A program made the translations under genes and the position numbers. Source: Gemmatimonadaceae bacterium (lineage in GTDB: Bacteria > Gemmatimonadota > Gemmatimonadetes > Gemmatimonadales > Gemmatimonadaceae). Taken from it: 64,000 bases of DNA. The notes below the pieces were generated by a model, which was given only the letters and a program-made list of their open reading frames with translations, did no database searches and was not told where the DNA came from. This document shows, piece after piece, positions 17,676 to 27,985 of this stretch (positions are counted from its first letter, which is position 1; each line of letters begins with the position of its first letter). The DNA lies in NCBI GenBank assembly GCA_051859245.1, contig JBHYGA010000005.1, forward strand, positions 763,537 through 827,536, in the 5' to 3' direction.

Positions 17676-19223
17676 ATGAGCGATCTCGTTTCTTCGCCGG
17701 TGGCACCCAGCGATCTCTACACGATCAACCCCACCCGTGATCGCGAAGTGGCCGCGCAGGTCGCGCGATTGATTGCGCTCCGACAGGGCGAAGTCGCGGT
17801 GCTGGGGCTTGGGTCGAGTGGGCGAGCGGCAGCGCAGTTACTGCGTGAGATCGGTTTTGCGGTGTACGCGTCTGACCGATCAACATCAGAGGCAACTCAG
17901 GGCAGCGCGAGCGTGCTGGCGGCGGCCGGCGTGACGGTCGATGTGGGTTCGCACGATCTGGATCGCATTGCGCGCGCCGCGTTTGTTGTGGTGAGCCCTG
18001 GCATTCCGCCCGAAGCCGCGCCGGTTGCTGCGGCGCGTGGAGCGAACGTGCCGGTGGTCAGCGAGGTGGAGATCGGGCTGCGCGTGATGCCCGCGCTGCG
18101 CACCATTGCCATTACCGGCACCAATGGCAAAACCACCACCACCGCGCTCGTGGGCCATCTGCTGCGCGCGCTCGGTCTGAACGCCGTGGAGATCGGCAAC
18201 ATCGGCTTGCCGGTGTGCGACGTGGCTCGGCGCGCGGATCGGCCTGATTGGGCGGCCATTGAGCTCTCGTCGTTTCAGCTGCACGATACGCCGGGATTGC
18301 GCTGTGATGTCGGAGTGCTCACCACGCTGAGCGCCGATCATCTGGATCGCTACCCATCGGTCAACGCGTACTACGACGACAAACGTCGACTATTCGCCAA
18401 CGCCGATGCGAGTTCACGCTGGGTGGTGAGCGCGGACTCCGCAGACATTGCCGCGATGATGCACTCCGTACCGGGTTCGATTTCTCGTTTCTCCGTGCAG
18501 CACACCAGTGGTGACGCGTGGTATGATCGAGATAGCGGATGGCTCATGATTGACGGCGTGCGCTTCATTGCGCGCGCTGAGATTCCGCTGCTTGGTGATC
18601 ACAACGTGGCCAATGTGCTGGCGGCGGTGACGGCGGTCATGCGCGCGTCGCCCGCGCATGCGGATGCGCGTGCGCGTGAGCTGTTGGCGCAGGGTGTGCG
18701 CACGTTTGCCGCGTTGCCGCATCGACTGGAGCCGGTGGCTGATCGCGACGGGGTGCTCTGGATCAATGATTCCAAGGCCACCAACGTCGCGTCTACGCTG
18801 GTTGCCGTGGAGGGCATGGTGCGCCCCACAATTCTTTTGCTCGGTGGGCGACACAAAGGGGAGTCGTACACGGCACTGGCCGAACCGCTCAAGCGAACGA
18901 CCAAGGCGGTGTTGTGCTTTGGGGAAGCGGGTGAGCAAGCGTCCACTGAGTTGCTCGGAGCGTTTCGCGCGGTACCGGAGCCGGCGGGTCTCTCGCCGAC
19001 TGATTCAGCGAGCGCGTCCGCGCTCAGCGTGGACAAGGGCGCCGGTGTGCAGATTGAATGGATGCGCGACGCCGGATTTGATGCCGTGGTTGCGCGCGCC
19101 CGCGAAATCGCCCGCGCGGGCGATGCGGTGCTGTTGTCTCCGGCGTGTTCCAGCTACGACATGTTCAACAACTACGTGGAACGTGGGCAGCGCTTTGCCG
19201 CCCTCGCTCGGGGGAACGCGTGA
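17676..19223 (+). CDS. murD: UDP-MurNAc-L-Ala D-Glu ligase
   Basis: LGLGSSG, VVSPGIP, ITGTNGKTTT, ELSSFQL, DHLDRY, INDSKATN, LLSPACSSYDMF. Confidence 0.97.
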   Translation: MSDLVSSPVAPSDLYTINPTRDREVAAQVARLIALRQGEVAVLGLGSSGRAAAQLLREIGFAVYASDRSTSEATQGSASVLAAAGVTVDVGSHDLDRIARAAFVVVSPGIPPEAAPVAAARGANVPVVSEVEIGLRVMPALRTIAITGTNGKTTTTALVGHLLRALGLNAVEIGNIGLPVCDVARRADRPDWAAIELSSFQLHDTPGLRCDVGVLTTLSADHLDRYPSVNAYYDDKRRLFANADASSRWVVSADSADIAAMMHSVPGSISRFSVQHTSGDAWYDRDSGWLMIDGVRFIARAEIPLLGDHNVANVLAAVTAVMRASPAHADARARELLAQGVRTFAALPHRLEPVADRDGVLWINDSKATNVASTLVAVEGMVRPTILLLGGRHKGESYTALAEPLKRTTKAVLCFGEAGEQASTELLGAFRAVPEPAGLSPTDSASASALSVDKGAGVQIEWMRDAGFDAVVARAREIARAGDAVLLSPACSSYDMFNNYVERGQRFAALARGNA

Positions 19224-20464
19224 CAACGTCTGCGTTTGACGGATTCGGTCCCGCCACGTCCAGTGCCACGCCGTCCAAGTCGACGGCGCCAGCCGGTGCA
19301 CGTGATCGCTGGCGCATGAGCATTGAAGGACGCGCGTTGGTGCTGGTGACGGCGTGTTTGATTGCGCTGGGGCTCGTGGTGCTGTACAGCGCCAGTGCGC
19401 TGTCTGCATTGGATGCCGGTCGTGAACCGCACGCGTACCTCGTGCGACAAGCGCAAGGTGTGCTGGTGGGACTCGTGGCGTTTGCGATCGCGGCCAAGGT
19501 GGATGCGGAGCGATGGCGCGCCTGGGCCTGGCCGCTCATGGGATTGAGTCTGCTCGCGATGCTCGTCACGGTGTTGCCATTCACACACAGTATTGCACCA
19601 AAAATCGGCGGTTCGCGTCGCTTTCTGCTCGGCGGATCCATTCAGCCCTCGGAGTTCGCAAAACTTGCCGTGATTCTGTGGACGCCGATGCTGCTGGTAA
19701 AAAAAGGACCGGCCATGCGTCGGCTCGGCAAAGGTCTTGGTCCGTTTCTCGTTGTGATCGGTGTGCTGAGCCTGATTGCGATGGCGCAGCCCGATCTCTC
19801 CATGGCTATGACGTTCTGTTTGCTCATGGCGGTGATTCTGTTTGCCGGCGGCGCTCGCACTGCGCACTTTGTGTTTCTCGCGCTACTCGCCGTGCCGTTG
19901 TTGATTCAGCAGGTTGGCAGAATGGACTACGTGCGCACGCGTGTGGAAAGCTTCTTCTCCGACGGAGCGAACGCTGACAGTACGAATACCCGAGTGGAGT
20001 ACCAGCAACAACAGTCGTTGATCGCGGTGGGCAGCGGTGGACTGCTGGGCGTGGGCTTCGGCGAAGGCAATCAGCAGCGCGGTTGGACACCACTCGCCTA
20101 CAACGACTTCATTGCCAGCGTGGTCGGTGAAGAGTTCGGGTTTATTGGCATGAGCGTGCTGGTGCTGGCCTTTGCCGCGTACGCATGGCTCGGCTTTCGA
20201 ATAGCGCGGTCGGCTCGCACGCCTTTTCAGTCGCTCGTGGCCATCGGGCTCACGTACGCCACCGTGATCACGGCGTTTGTGCATCTGGGTGTGACCATTA
20301 ATCTGTTGCCGAATACCGGACTCACACTGCCGTTCGTTTCGTTCGGACGATCCAATCTTGTGCTCACCATGCTCATGACGGGAATCCTCGTGAACATCGG
20401 CAGCGTGCGCGAGCGAACGTACGGAACGGGTGCCACCGATCCATTCGCCAGCGCTGATCGTTAG
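19220..20464 (+). CDS. ftsW: SEDS peptidoglycan polymerase FtsW
   Basis: LYSAS, IQPSEFAK, QPDL, QSLIAVGSGG, DFIASVVGEEFG, GLTLPFVSFG. GTG at 19220 overlaps the murD stop. Confidence 0.95.
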   Translation: MTTSAFDGFGPATSSATPSKSTAPAGARDRWRMSIEGRALVLVTACLIALGLVVLYSASALSALDAGREPHAYLVRQAQGVLVGLVAFAIAAKVDAERWRAWAWPLMGLSLLAMLVTVLPFTHSIAPKIGGSRRFLLGGSIQPSEFAKLAVILWTPMLLVKKGPAMRRLGKGLGPFLVVIGVLSLIAMAQPDLSMAMTFCLLMAVILFAGGARTAHFVFLALLAVPLLIQQVGRMDYVRTRVESFFSDGANADSTNTRVEYQQQQSLIAVGSGGLLGVGFGEGNQQRGWTPLAYNDFIASVVGEEFGFIGMSVLVLAFAAYAWLGFRIARSARTPFQSLVAIGLTYATVITAFVHLGVTINLLPNTGLTLPFVSFGRSNLVLTMLMTGILVNIGSVRERTYGTGATDPFASADR

Positions 20465-20470
20465 GCCAGC

Positions 20471-21565
20471 ATGCGCGTGTTCTTTTCCGGTGGCGGCACC
20501 GGTGGGCATTTGTATCCGGGACTCGCGATTGCACGCGCGCTGGTTGCGCGCGATCCGAATATCCGTCCGCACTTTATTGGCGCGCTGCGTGGCATTGAGC
20601 GTGATGTGCTGCCAACCACCGAGTTTCCGCACACGCTGCTCGATCTGCATCCGCTGTATCGCAGCGCGCCGCTCCGCAACTGGCGCACGTTCACCGGTGG
20701 ATTGTCAGCGTGGCGCACGATCGGGCGATTGGCGCGCGAAGAACGTCCCGCATGCGTTGTCGGAACGGGAGGGTACGCGGCCGCTGCGGCGCTCGCGTGG
20801 GGGCGCTGGAACCGTGTGCCACTCGTCTTGCACGAGTGTGACAGCTTTCCCGGCAAGGTCACCAGACTCTTTGCGCCGCGCGCAACGCTGGTTTCGCTCG
20901 GCTTTCCCGAGGCGGAAGCACGGCTGACCGTTGGTGCGCGAACCGGTGTGGCCGACTTTGGTAATCCGATAGTTCCGCCAGACAACTCACCGGAGCGTCG
21001 CGCCGCGGCGCGTGTGCGATGGTCGCTCGACGACAGCACGTTTACCGTGCTTGTGGTTGGCGGCAGTCAGGGCAGTGCGGCGCTCAATCGCGGTGTGGCG
21101 GAATGGTGCGAGCACGGGATTCCGGATTCCATTTCGGTGATCTGGGCTACCGGTCGTTCACACTATGACACGTACGCGCATTTGCGCTCGCCGCGCGTTC
21201 GCGTGGAGCCGTATCTTTCGCCGATTGCAGATGCGTATGCCGCGGCTGACCTGGCCGTCACACGCGCCGGTGCCATGACGATTGCTGAACTGTGTGCGTG
21301 GGGCATTCCATCGGTGCTGGTGCCGCTGCCTACGGCCGCGCAGGATCATCAGGCGCACAACGCGCGGACACTCGCTGCGGCCGGCGCGTCTATCCATTTG
21401 CCTGAGCGCGAGTACGACGGCGCGGCGCTCAACGAAACGGTGAGTGAGTTGCAGCGGCAGCCGGGTGTGCGTGACACGATGGCGCGAGCAGCCCGTGTGC
21501 GTGGGCGACCAGACGCGTCGGCGCGCATTGCCGAAGCGATCGCTACGCTGGTGTTGCATCGCTGA
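20471..21565 (+). CDS. murG: undecaprenyl-PP-MurNAc-pentapeptide GlcNAc transferase
   Basis: GGGTGGHLYPG, GTGGY, GNPI, GGSQGS, RAGAMTIAE, DHQAHNA. Confidence 0.97.
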   Translation: MRVFFSGGGTGGHLYPGLAIARALVARDPNIRPHFIGALRGIERDVLPTTEFPHTLLDLHPLYRSAPLRNWRTFTGGLSAWRTIGRLAREERPACVVGTGGYAAAAALAWGRWNRVPLVLHECDSFPGKVTRLFAPRATLVSLGFPEAEARLTVGARTGVADFGNPIVPPDNSPERRAAARVRWSLDDSTFTVLVVGGSQGSAALNRGVAEWCEHGIPDSISVIWATGRSHYDTYAHLRSPRVRVEPYLSPIADAYAAADLAVTRAGAMTIAELCAWGIPSVLVPLPTAAQDHQAHNARTLAAAGASIHLPEREYDGAALNETVSELQRQPGVRDTMARAARVRGRPDASARIAEAIATLVLHR

Positions 21566-21620
21566 TGCGCTACGATTCATTCCTGCCGCCGCCATCCCAT
21601 TTGCGCTACACTTCCGCATC

Positions 21621-23054
21621 ATGACTGTGTTGCTTGATCTCTCAGACTCACGCCCGGTGCACATGGTGGGCATTGCCGGTGCTGGCATGACCGGCCTGGC
21701 CGAACTGTTTGTGCGTCGCGGGATTGCGGTGCAGGGCACGGACAGCAACCCGGGGGGAGCACCAGACCTCGTGCGTCTCGGTGTTGCGGTGCACGCGCAC
21801 AATGCCGATCTCGTGAATGGAGCGCGCGCGGTTGTGTATTCGTCGGCGGTGCCGCAATCACACGCCGAGCTTGTGCGTGCGCGTGAACTTGGATTGCCGG
21901 TCATCCGTCGCGCAGAGGCGTTGGGTGAAGCGGTGCAGGGTGGCGTGCTCATTGCGGTAGCCGGTACGCACGGCAAAACAACGACAACGGTCATGACCAC
22001 GGAAGCGCTCGCTGCAGCGGGCTTTGATCCCACCGGTGTGGCGGGTGGTCGTGTGGGTTCATGGGGCAGCAACCTGCGCGCGGGCAGCAACACAACGTTC
22101 GTGGTGGAAGCCGACGAGTATGACCGTTCGTTTCTGGCGCTCACGCCAACCGTCGCGGCCGTGCTCAATATGGAAGCGGATCATCTCGACATTTACCGCG
22201 ACCTGCAGGACATTCGCGACACGTTTGTGCAGTACATGACGCCGGCGCGCGCCGTGGTGGTGTGCAACGATGATGCGGGCGCCGCCGAGTTGCCGGCGCA
22301 ACTGGTGCCGCAGAGTGCGCGCGAGGTGGTGCGGTATGCAGCGGTGGTTCGCGGCGAAAGTAGTACTGCCGACACGACGGTGAGCGGCGTGCAATCTGCG
22401 CGGCTCGTTGCTCGCGATGTGCACCTCGATGCGTTCGGTTCGCGTGCCCGCATTGAATACGACGGCGAGTTCATGGGCGAGCTCGTACTGCAGGTGCCGG
22501 GCATACACAACGTGCGCAATGCACTCGCGGCGCTCGGCGCCGGCCTGATGATTGGTGCGACGGTTCCGCACATGCTTCCCGGACTCGCCGCGTTTGCTGG
22601 TGTTGAGCGCCGCTTTCAGCGCATCGGTGAAGCGAAGGGTGTGCTCGTCGTTGACGACTACGCGCATCATCCAACAGAGGTGGCCGCTACCATCGCCGCG
22701 GCGCGTGCATCACATGCTCACCGGCGATTAGTCGTAGCGTTTCAGCCGCATCTGTTTTCACGCACGCGTGATTTTGCGCGCGAGTTCGGCGAAGCGTTGG
22801 CGATGGCCGACGCATGCTTTTTGTGCGACATCTATCCGGCGCGCGAACAACCGATGGCAGGTGTCACGTCGACACTCGTCGCCCACGTCATGGCAGGCGC
22901 TGGCCGCCCGCCGGTGTGGCAGGGCGCAAAATCCGCATGTGCGGATGCACTGCATGCGTTTGCGAAGGACGGTGATCTCGTGATCACGATGGGCGCGGGT
23001 GATATCACGCTCGTGGGTCCCGCGCTGCTGCAACAGCTCGGCGCGACCGCATAA
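21621..23054 (+). CDS. murC: UDP-MurNAc L-Ala ligase
   Basis: HMVGIAGAGM, YSSAV, AGTHGKTTTT, EADEYD, DHLD, DDYAHHPTE, FQPHLFSRT, MGAGDI. ATG 21621 chosen to avoid overlap with murG; TACACT lies 8 nt upstream. Confidence 0.96.
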   Translation: MTVLLDLSDSRPVHMVGIAGAGMTGLAELFVRRGIAVQGTDSNPGGAPDLVRLGVAVHAHNADLVNGARAVVYSSAVPQSHAELVRARELGLPVIRRAEALGEAVQGGVLIAVAGTHGKTTTTVMTTEALAAAGFDPTGVAGGRVGSWGSNLRAGSNTTFVVEADEYDRSFLALTPTVAAVLNMEADHLDIYRDLQDIRDTFVQYMTPARAVVVCNDDAGAAELPAQLVPQSAREVVRYAAVVRGESSTADTTVSGVQSARLVARDVHLDAFGSRARIEYDGEFMGELVLQVPGIHNVRNALAALGAGLMIGATVPHMLPGLAAFAGVERRFQRIGEAKGVLVVDDYAHHPTEVAATIAAARASHAHRRLVVAFQPHLFSRTRDFAREFGEALAMADACFLCDIYPAREQPMAGVTSTLVAHVMAGAGRPPVWQGAKSACADALHAFAKDGDLVITMGAGDITLVGPALLQQLGATA

Positions 23055-23072
23055 TCCAGTGAAGCGCAACGC

Positions 23073-23792
23073 GTGAAGCCCGAACCGGAAGTCGTCGCTC
23101 TGCCACCCCGTTGGAAGTTGTGGGTCAAGCGTGTGTCAATTGGCGCGCTCGCACTTGCCGCGGTCGCCGTTCCGTGGTGGGGACCGCGCGCGCTGTCGCA
23201 ACTCGACTTTTTCCATGTGCGCACGGTGGAGTTCGATGGCGTGCGTTACTCCGACGCGCGCGAACTGGTGTCGCTGCTGGCACTCGACACCATGGCCTCG
23301 GTGTGGATGCCGCTCGAACCGCTGGGCGAAAAAGTGGCGCAGCATCCCATGGTGGTTCGCGCAATTGTGTCCCGCCGTCTGCCCGGCACGCTGCTGGTGA
23401 CAGTGTCCGAACGCACGCCAGTGGCGCTTATTCCGTCGTCCGGCGGCCTGACGCCCGTGGACGCTGACGGCCAGACGCTTCCCATTGACCCTTCTCGCGC
23501 GCCGGTCGATGTGCCCGTGTTAGCCAAGCGCGATTCGGCCCTGTTACAGCTGCTCGATCGCATCCGCGCTGGCTCGCCGGTGCTCTGGTCGCGACTATCG
23601 GCCGCCTCGCGCGATGGCGTGCAGGATATCCGGCTTGACCTGGGCGGGTTGGATCTTCGCGCCCGGGATAACGTGACCGTGGCGCGTCTATCAGACATAT
23701 TACCAGTCGAGGCGGATCTGGCGCAGCGACGACTGCGCGCGGTGGAGTTGGATCTGCGCTTCCGAGACCAGGTAATCGCCAGACTTCCATGA
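23073..23792 (+). CDS. ftsQ: cell division protein FtsQ/DivIB
   Basis: N-terminal TM, POTRA-like HPMVVRAIVSRRLPGTLLVTVSERTPVA, C-terminal LDLRFRDQVI; position before ftsA. Confidence 0.88.
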   Translation: MKPEPEVVALPPRWKLWVKRVSIGALALAAVAVPWWGPRALSQLDFFHVRTVEFDGVRYSDARELVSLLALDTMASVWMPLEPLGEKVAQHPMVVRAIVSRRLPGTLLVTVSERTPVALIPSSGGLTPVDADGQTLPIDPSRAPVDVPVLAKRDSALLQLLDRIRAGSPVLWSRLSAASRDGVQDIRLDLGGLDLRARDNVTVARLSDILPVEADLAQRRLRAVELDLRFRDQVIARLP

Positions 23793-25042
23793 CCACTGAT
23801 CCGATCGTAGCTGCACTGGATATTGGGACCGCTCACACCACGGCACTTGTCGCATCGGTTGGCGGCGATCTGCCGCGCACACCCATGCTGCGCATTCTTG
23901 GTGTGGGACGCGCGCGTACGCAGGGGCTGCGTCGTGGTGTGGTCTCCAATATTGAAGAAGCCACGCACTCCATTCGCGAAGCGCTCAGTGAGGCCACACG
24001 TCACGCGGGTGTGAATGCCGAGTCACTGTACGTTGGCATTGCCGGTGAGCACGTGCGTGCGATGTGCAGCACGGGCGTTGTTGCAATCAGTGGCGACGAA
24101 ATTGTGCGCGCTGATGTCGATCGTGCGAATGAAGTGGCGCGTGCACTTGCCATTCCGCAGGACCGCGAGCTGTTGCACGCCATTCCGCAGGAGTATCGCG
24201 TGGATCAGGCGCTCGGTATTCGCGATCCGGTTGGTATGGTGGGTATGCGTCTTGAAACCGAGATGTATCTTGTCACCATCGGCAGTGCGCCGGCCATGAA
24301 TCTTCGGCGCAGCATTGAAAAGGCTGGCTACAAGGTGAAGGAGTTGGTGCTTGAGCCGCTGGCGAGTGCGCTCGCTGTGCTCAGTGAAGAGCAGAAGGAA
24401 GCAGGCGTTGCACTCGTGGAGTTGGGGGCGGGTACCACCGATGTCGCGATTTTTCACGAAGGAAAAATTCGGCACATTGGTTCACTCGCGTTTGGTGGCA
24501 ACAACGTCACCGCTGACATTGTGCACGGACTGAGCGTCACGCAGAACGATGCGGAAGCGCTCAAGGAAGCGTACGGTTGCGCGTATGAGCCGTTGCTTGC
24601 GGGTGATGAAGTGATCGCGGTGCCCGCGTCGGCCACGCATCCGGAGCGTCATCTGTCACGCGAGTTGATGGCGCACATCATTCATCAGCGCATGGACGAG
24701 ATTTTTAATCTCGTGCAGCGTGAGATCGAGACCGCGGGATACGCTGGCAAGCTGAACGCCGGAGTGGTGCTCACGGGTGGCGGCGCGTCACTCGAAGGAG
24801 TCGCCGAGCTGGCCGCGGATGTATTCGGTATGCGCGTGAGTGTTGGGGTGCCGGCGGGTCGTTTGAGTGGCCTGCGTGAGCTCATTGATGAACCGCGCTT
24901 TGCCACGGTGACCGGGCTCGCGTTGTACGGTGCGCATCGCATGGCGCTGGGCGGTGCCGTGGTGCGTCGCGCGGGGTTGTCAGGCACGAGCGTGGACAAG
25001 CTTGCGCAGCGCGTGAAAGACTGGCTGCAGGACTTCTTCTAA
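23789..25042 (+). CDS. ftsA: cell division protein FtsA
   Basis: ALDIGT, GLRRGVV, LHAIPQEY, PVGMVG, ELGAGTTD, VVLTGGGA, C-terminal amphipathic KDWLQDFF. Confidence 0.97.
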   Translation: MTTDPIVAALDIGTAHTTALVASVGGDLPRTPMLRILGVGRARTQGLRRGVVSNIEEATHSIREALSEATRHAGVNAESLYVGIAGEHVRAMCSTGVVAISGDEIVRADVDRANEVARALAIPQDRELLHAIPQEYRVDQALGIRDPVGMVGMRLETEMYLVTIGSAPAMNLRRSIEKAGYKVKELVLEPLASALAVLSEEQKEAGVALVELGAGTTDVAIFHEGKIRHIGSLAFGGNNVTADIVHGLSVTQNDAEALKEAYGCAYEPLLAGDEVIAVPASATHPERHLSRELMAHIIHQRMDEIFNLVQREIETAGYAGKLNAGVVLTGGGASLEGVAELAADVFGMRVSVGVPAGRLSGLRELIDEPRFATVTGLALYGAHRMALGGAVVRRAGLSGTSVDKLAQRVKDWLQDFF

Positions 25043-25328
25043 ACGCCCACACACTGTGACAGCGCACCATCGCCCCGTGCGCCGAATCACCCTCACACAT
25101 CACATCGTTGCAACGCCCGCAAGTCGTGTGGACAAAAGGGCTTGACAGTGATCGTACTTTGGGGCGTTGAGCAGAAACTTCTGCACGTGTGGTCGCATGT
25201 TCGCGGCCACCGGCGTATATTCTGGTCGCTAGTACGACGCCCACCTTTGATGCATTGCAGCGCCGCTCGCTGCCTTGCGCCAACCGTGTCCCCTTTGCGC
25301 CTCGATTGCCCCGATGGAGCTACCCCGC

Positions 25329-26576
25329 ATGCCGTTTGAGTTGGAGGAGAGCGCTTCGCAGAACGCCCGGATGAAGGTTGTCGGCGTTGGCGGAGGCGGT
25401 GGGAACGCAGTCAATCGCATGATCGAGGAGCATCTGGAAGGCGTGGAGTTCATTTCGGTGAACACCGACGCTCAGGCGCTGATGCACTCCAAGGCCGACG
25501 TCAAAATCCAGATCGGCAAGAAGCTCACCCGCGGCCTCGGTGCCGGCGCTCGTCCTGACATTGGGCGCCAGGCCATGGACGAGAGCAAGGACGAAATGTC
25601 CCGCGTTGTGCAGCATACCGACCTCGTGTTTGTCACGTGCGGCATGGGCGGCGGCACCGGAACCGGTGCGGCACCAGTCATCTGTCAGCTGGCCCGTGAA
25701 GCCGGTGCGCTCACGGTTGGCATAGTCACCCGCCCGTTCCTCTTCGAGGGACGCAAGCGCATGCGGCAGGCCGAAGAAGGCATTGCCGAAATGCGAAAGC
25801 ACGTGGACACGATGATCATCGTGCCCAACGAGCGGCTGCTAGCGGTGGTGGGCAAGGGCATTCCGTTCCACGAAGCGCTCAAGAAGGCCGACGAAGTCCT
25901 GCTGCACGCGACGCAGGGCATCTCGGTGCTGATCAGTGAGACGGGCCTCGTGAACGTGGACTTTGCCGACGTCCGCACGGTCATGGAAAACGGCGGCTCG
26001 GCGCTCATGGGCACCGGCGTCGGCCGCGGCGAGTCCCGCGCGACGGAGGCGGCCCAGCAGGCCATCGCGTCGCCGCTGCTTGACAATGTCTCCATCGCGG
26101 GCGCCACCGGCGTGCTGGTCAATATCACGGGCGGTGAAGACCTCACGCTCGGTGAAGTGCACCAGATCAATGAGATCGTGCACGACGCGGTGGGCGACGA
26201 CGCCGAAATCATCTTTGGCGCGGTGCACGAGCCGGCCATGAATGGTGAGATTCGCGTGACAGTGATCGCCACGGGCTTCGACCGCCTGCTGCAGGGTGGG
26301 TTTGGCAACGGGGCGCTCGGACATGGCTTCGGCGCCCAGCCGCAGCCGCAGCACTCGGCGACCACCAGCCAGCGTAACCCGGCCGTGCTCCCGTTCCCGG
26401 CCCAGCGTGAGCGTGGCGTGCAGGGAGTGAGACCACCGGCCGCCCCCGTTCGTCAAGTAACGCAAGCCGCACCGCCGCCGAACACTCGTCCAATCCGGCC
26501 GAACGTTCCGCCGCCGAGCAGCGTAGAACTCGACGACATGGAAATCCCGACGTTCATTCGGAGGCAAATGGATTGA
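25329..26576 (+). CDS. ftsZ: cell division protein FtsZ
   Basis: [41 protein letters not shown]-terminal core [18 protein letters not shown] 9 nt before ATG 25329. Confidence 0.98.
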   Translation: MPFELEESASQNARMKVVGVGGGGGNAVNRMIEEHLEGVEFISVNTDAQALMHSKADVKIQIGKKLTRGLGAGARPDIGRQAMDESKDEMSRVVQHTDLVFVTCGMGGGTGTGAAPVICQLAREAGALTVGIVTRPFLFEGRKRMRQAEEGIAEMRKHVDTMIIVPNERLLAVVGKGIPFHEALKKADEVLLHATQGISVLISETGLVNVDFADVRTVMENGGSALMGTGVGRGESRATEAAQQAIASPLLDNVSIAGATGVLVNITGGEDLTLGEVHQINEIVHDAVGDDAEIIFGAVHEPAMNGEIRVTVIATGFDRLLQGGFGNGALGHGFGAQPQPQHSATTSQRNPAVLPFPAQRERGVQGVRPPAAPVRQVTQAAPPPNTRPIRPNVPPPSSVELDDMEIPTFIRRQMD

Positions 26577-27892
26577 GCAAGGCGCTCACGAAGGCACTGG
26601 TAGTTGGAGGACTCGTTGTCCTCGCGGCCGGTGCATTGACGATCGGGCGCCCTGTCCCGCAGCGTTCCGCTGGTCACGTGTTCACCGACACGCTGCCCGC
26701 TGCGCCGGTTATTGCCCTCCGCACCGACACGCTGCACAGCGGCGAGCCATTGCTGGCCGTGCTGCAGCGTGCCGGTCTTGGCATCGACGAAGCCAATCGT
26801 GCCATTGCCGGGCTTGAAGTGCTCGACGCGCGTCGTGTTCGCGCCGGTACCGAAGTTGTGGCGCAGGTGCACCCGGATTCCGGTGTGCAGAACGTCACCT
26901 TTCAGTTGGCGATCGATCGTGTCGTGAAACTCGCGCGCACGGCCACTGGCTGGACTGAAACTGAAGAACGCCTGCCTTGGACAATCGATACGGTTGCTGT
27001 GGCGGGCGTTGTTGCATCCACGCTCACGGGCGCGATCGTCACCGCGGCCACCGAGTTTCCGGAGCGTGTGCGCACTGAACTTGCGTACGGCATTGCAGAC
27101 GTGCTCGAGTATCGCATTGACCTCAGTCGCGATCTGCGCGTTGGTGATTCCATCAGTGTGCTGGTGGAGCGCGAAACCGCGCCCAATGGTTATGTGCGTC
27201 CGGGTCGCATTCTGGCCACGCGGTCACGTGTGGCGGGCACGACGCTCGAAGCCACGCGTTACGACGATGCCGAAGGTCGCGCACAGTTCTACGACGCTGA
27301 AGGCAAGAGTTTGCGCGCGGCGTTCTTGCGCGCGCCGCTGGAGTTCCGTCGCATCTCAAGTGTGTTCGGTTCGCGGAAACATCCGGTGCTCAAAACATGG
27401 CGCAAGCACAACGGTCTTGATTACGCGGCGTCCACTGGCACACCGGTTCGTGCGATCGGCAACGGCAAGGTGATCTTCGCCGGTTGGAAGGGCGGATATG
27501 GCCGCACTGTGGAAATCCGCCACAACAATGGCATGGTCACACGGTACGGACATCTGAACTCGATTGCGCGTGGCATTCGTAGTGGTGCGTCCGTGAGCAT
27601 TGCGAGCACCATTGGTACCGTTGGCATGACGGGGTTGGCCACGGGTCCTCATCTGCATTTCGAAACGCTGATCAACGGCGTGCATCGCGATCCACGTACG
27701 GCGCTGCGCAACGTTGGTGGCGAGCCGCTGCCGTCCAAGGATAAAGCCGCGTTTGCACTGCGCCGCAGCGCACTCTTCGCCGATCTGTCCGCGCGTGTCT
27801 ACGCCATGCAGGATCGCAACGCGCCGATTACGGTGCCAGGCGCCGCGGGTATTCGCCGCGTCGAAACTCGCGCTGCTGGCGCTGGCAACTGA
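26573..27892 (+). CDS. M23-family peptidoglycan endopeptidase (MepM-like)
   Basis: N-terminal TM; FLRAPL, RISSVFG, HxxxD (KHNGLDY), [26 protein letters not shown] start overlaps ftsZ stop. Confidence 0.92.
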   Translation: MSKALTKALVVGGLVVLAAGALTIGRPVPQRSAGHVFTDTLPAAPVIALRTDTLHSGEPLLAVLQRAGLGIDEANRAIAGLEVLDARRVRAGTEVVAQVHPDSGVQNVTFQLAIDRVVKLARTATGWTETEERLPWTIDTVAVAGVVASTLTGAIVTAATEFPERVRTELAYGIADVLEYRIDLSRDLRVGDSISVLVERETAPNGYVRPGRILATRSRVAGTTLEATRYDDAEGRAQFYDAEGKSLRAAFLRAPLEFRRISSVFGSRKHPVLKTWRKHNGLDYAASTGTPVRAIGNGKVIFAGWKGGYGRTVEIRHNNGMVTRYGHLNSIARGIRSGASVSIASTIGTVGMTGLATGPHLHFETLINGVHRDPRTALRNVGGEPLPSKDKAAFALRRSALFADLSARVYAMQDRNAPITVPGAAGIRRVETRAAGAGN

Positions 27893-27950
27893 ACACACAC
27901 GTCGCGCTGCGCGTCTCAGCAGCGCCGCGTGCGGTTCTGTCCCTTCGGTC

Positions 27951-27979
27951 GTGACCACCACGCGCGCGACGTCTAGGGT
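27951..27979 (+). promoter_or_regulatory. candidate leaderless promoter
   Basis: GTGACC (27951-27956), 17 nt, TAGGGT (27974-27979), 6 nt, GTG 27986. Shares the 9-mer GTCTAGGGT with the promoter at 7661-7669. Confidence 0.5.
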
Positions 27980-27985
27980 ATTGCG

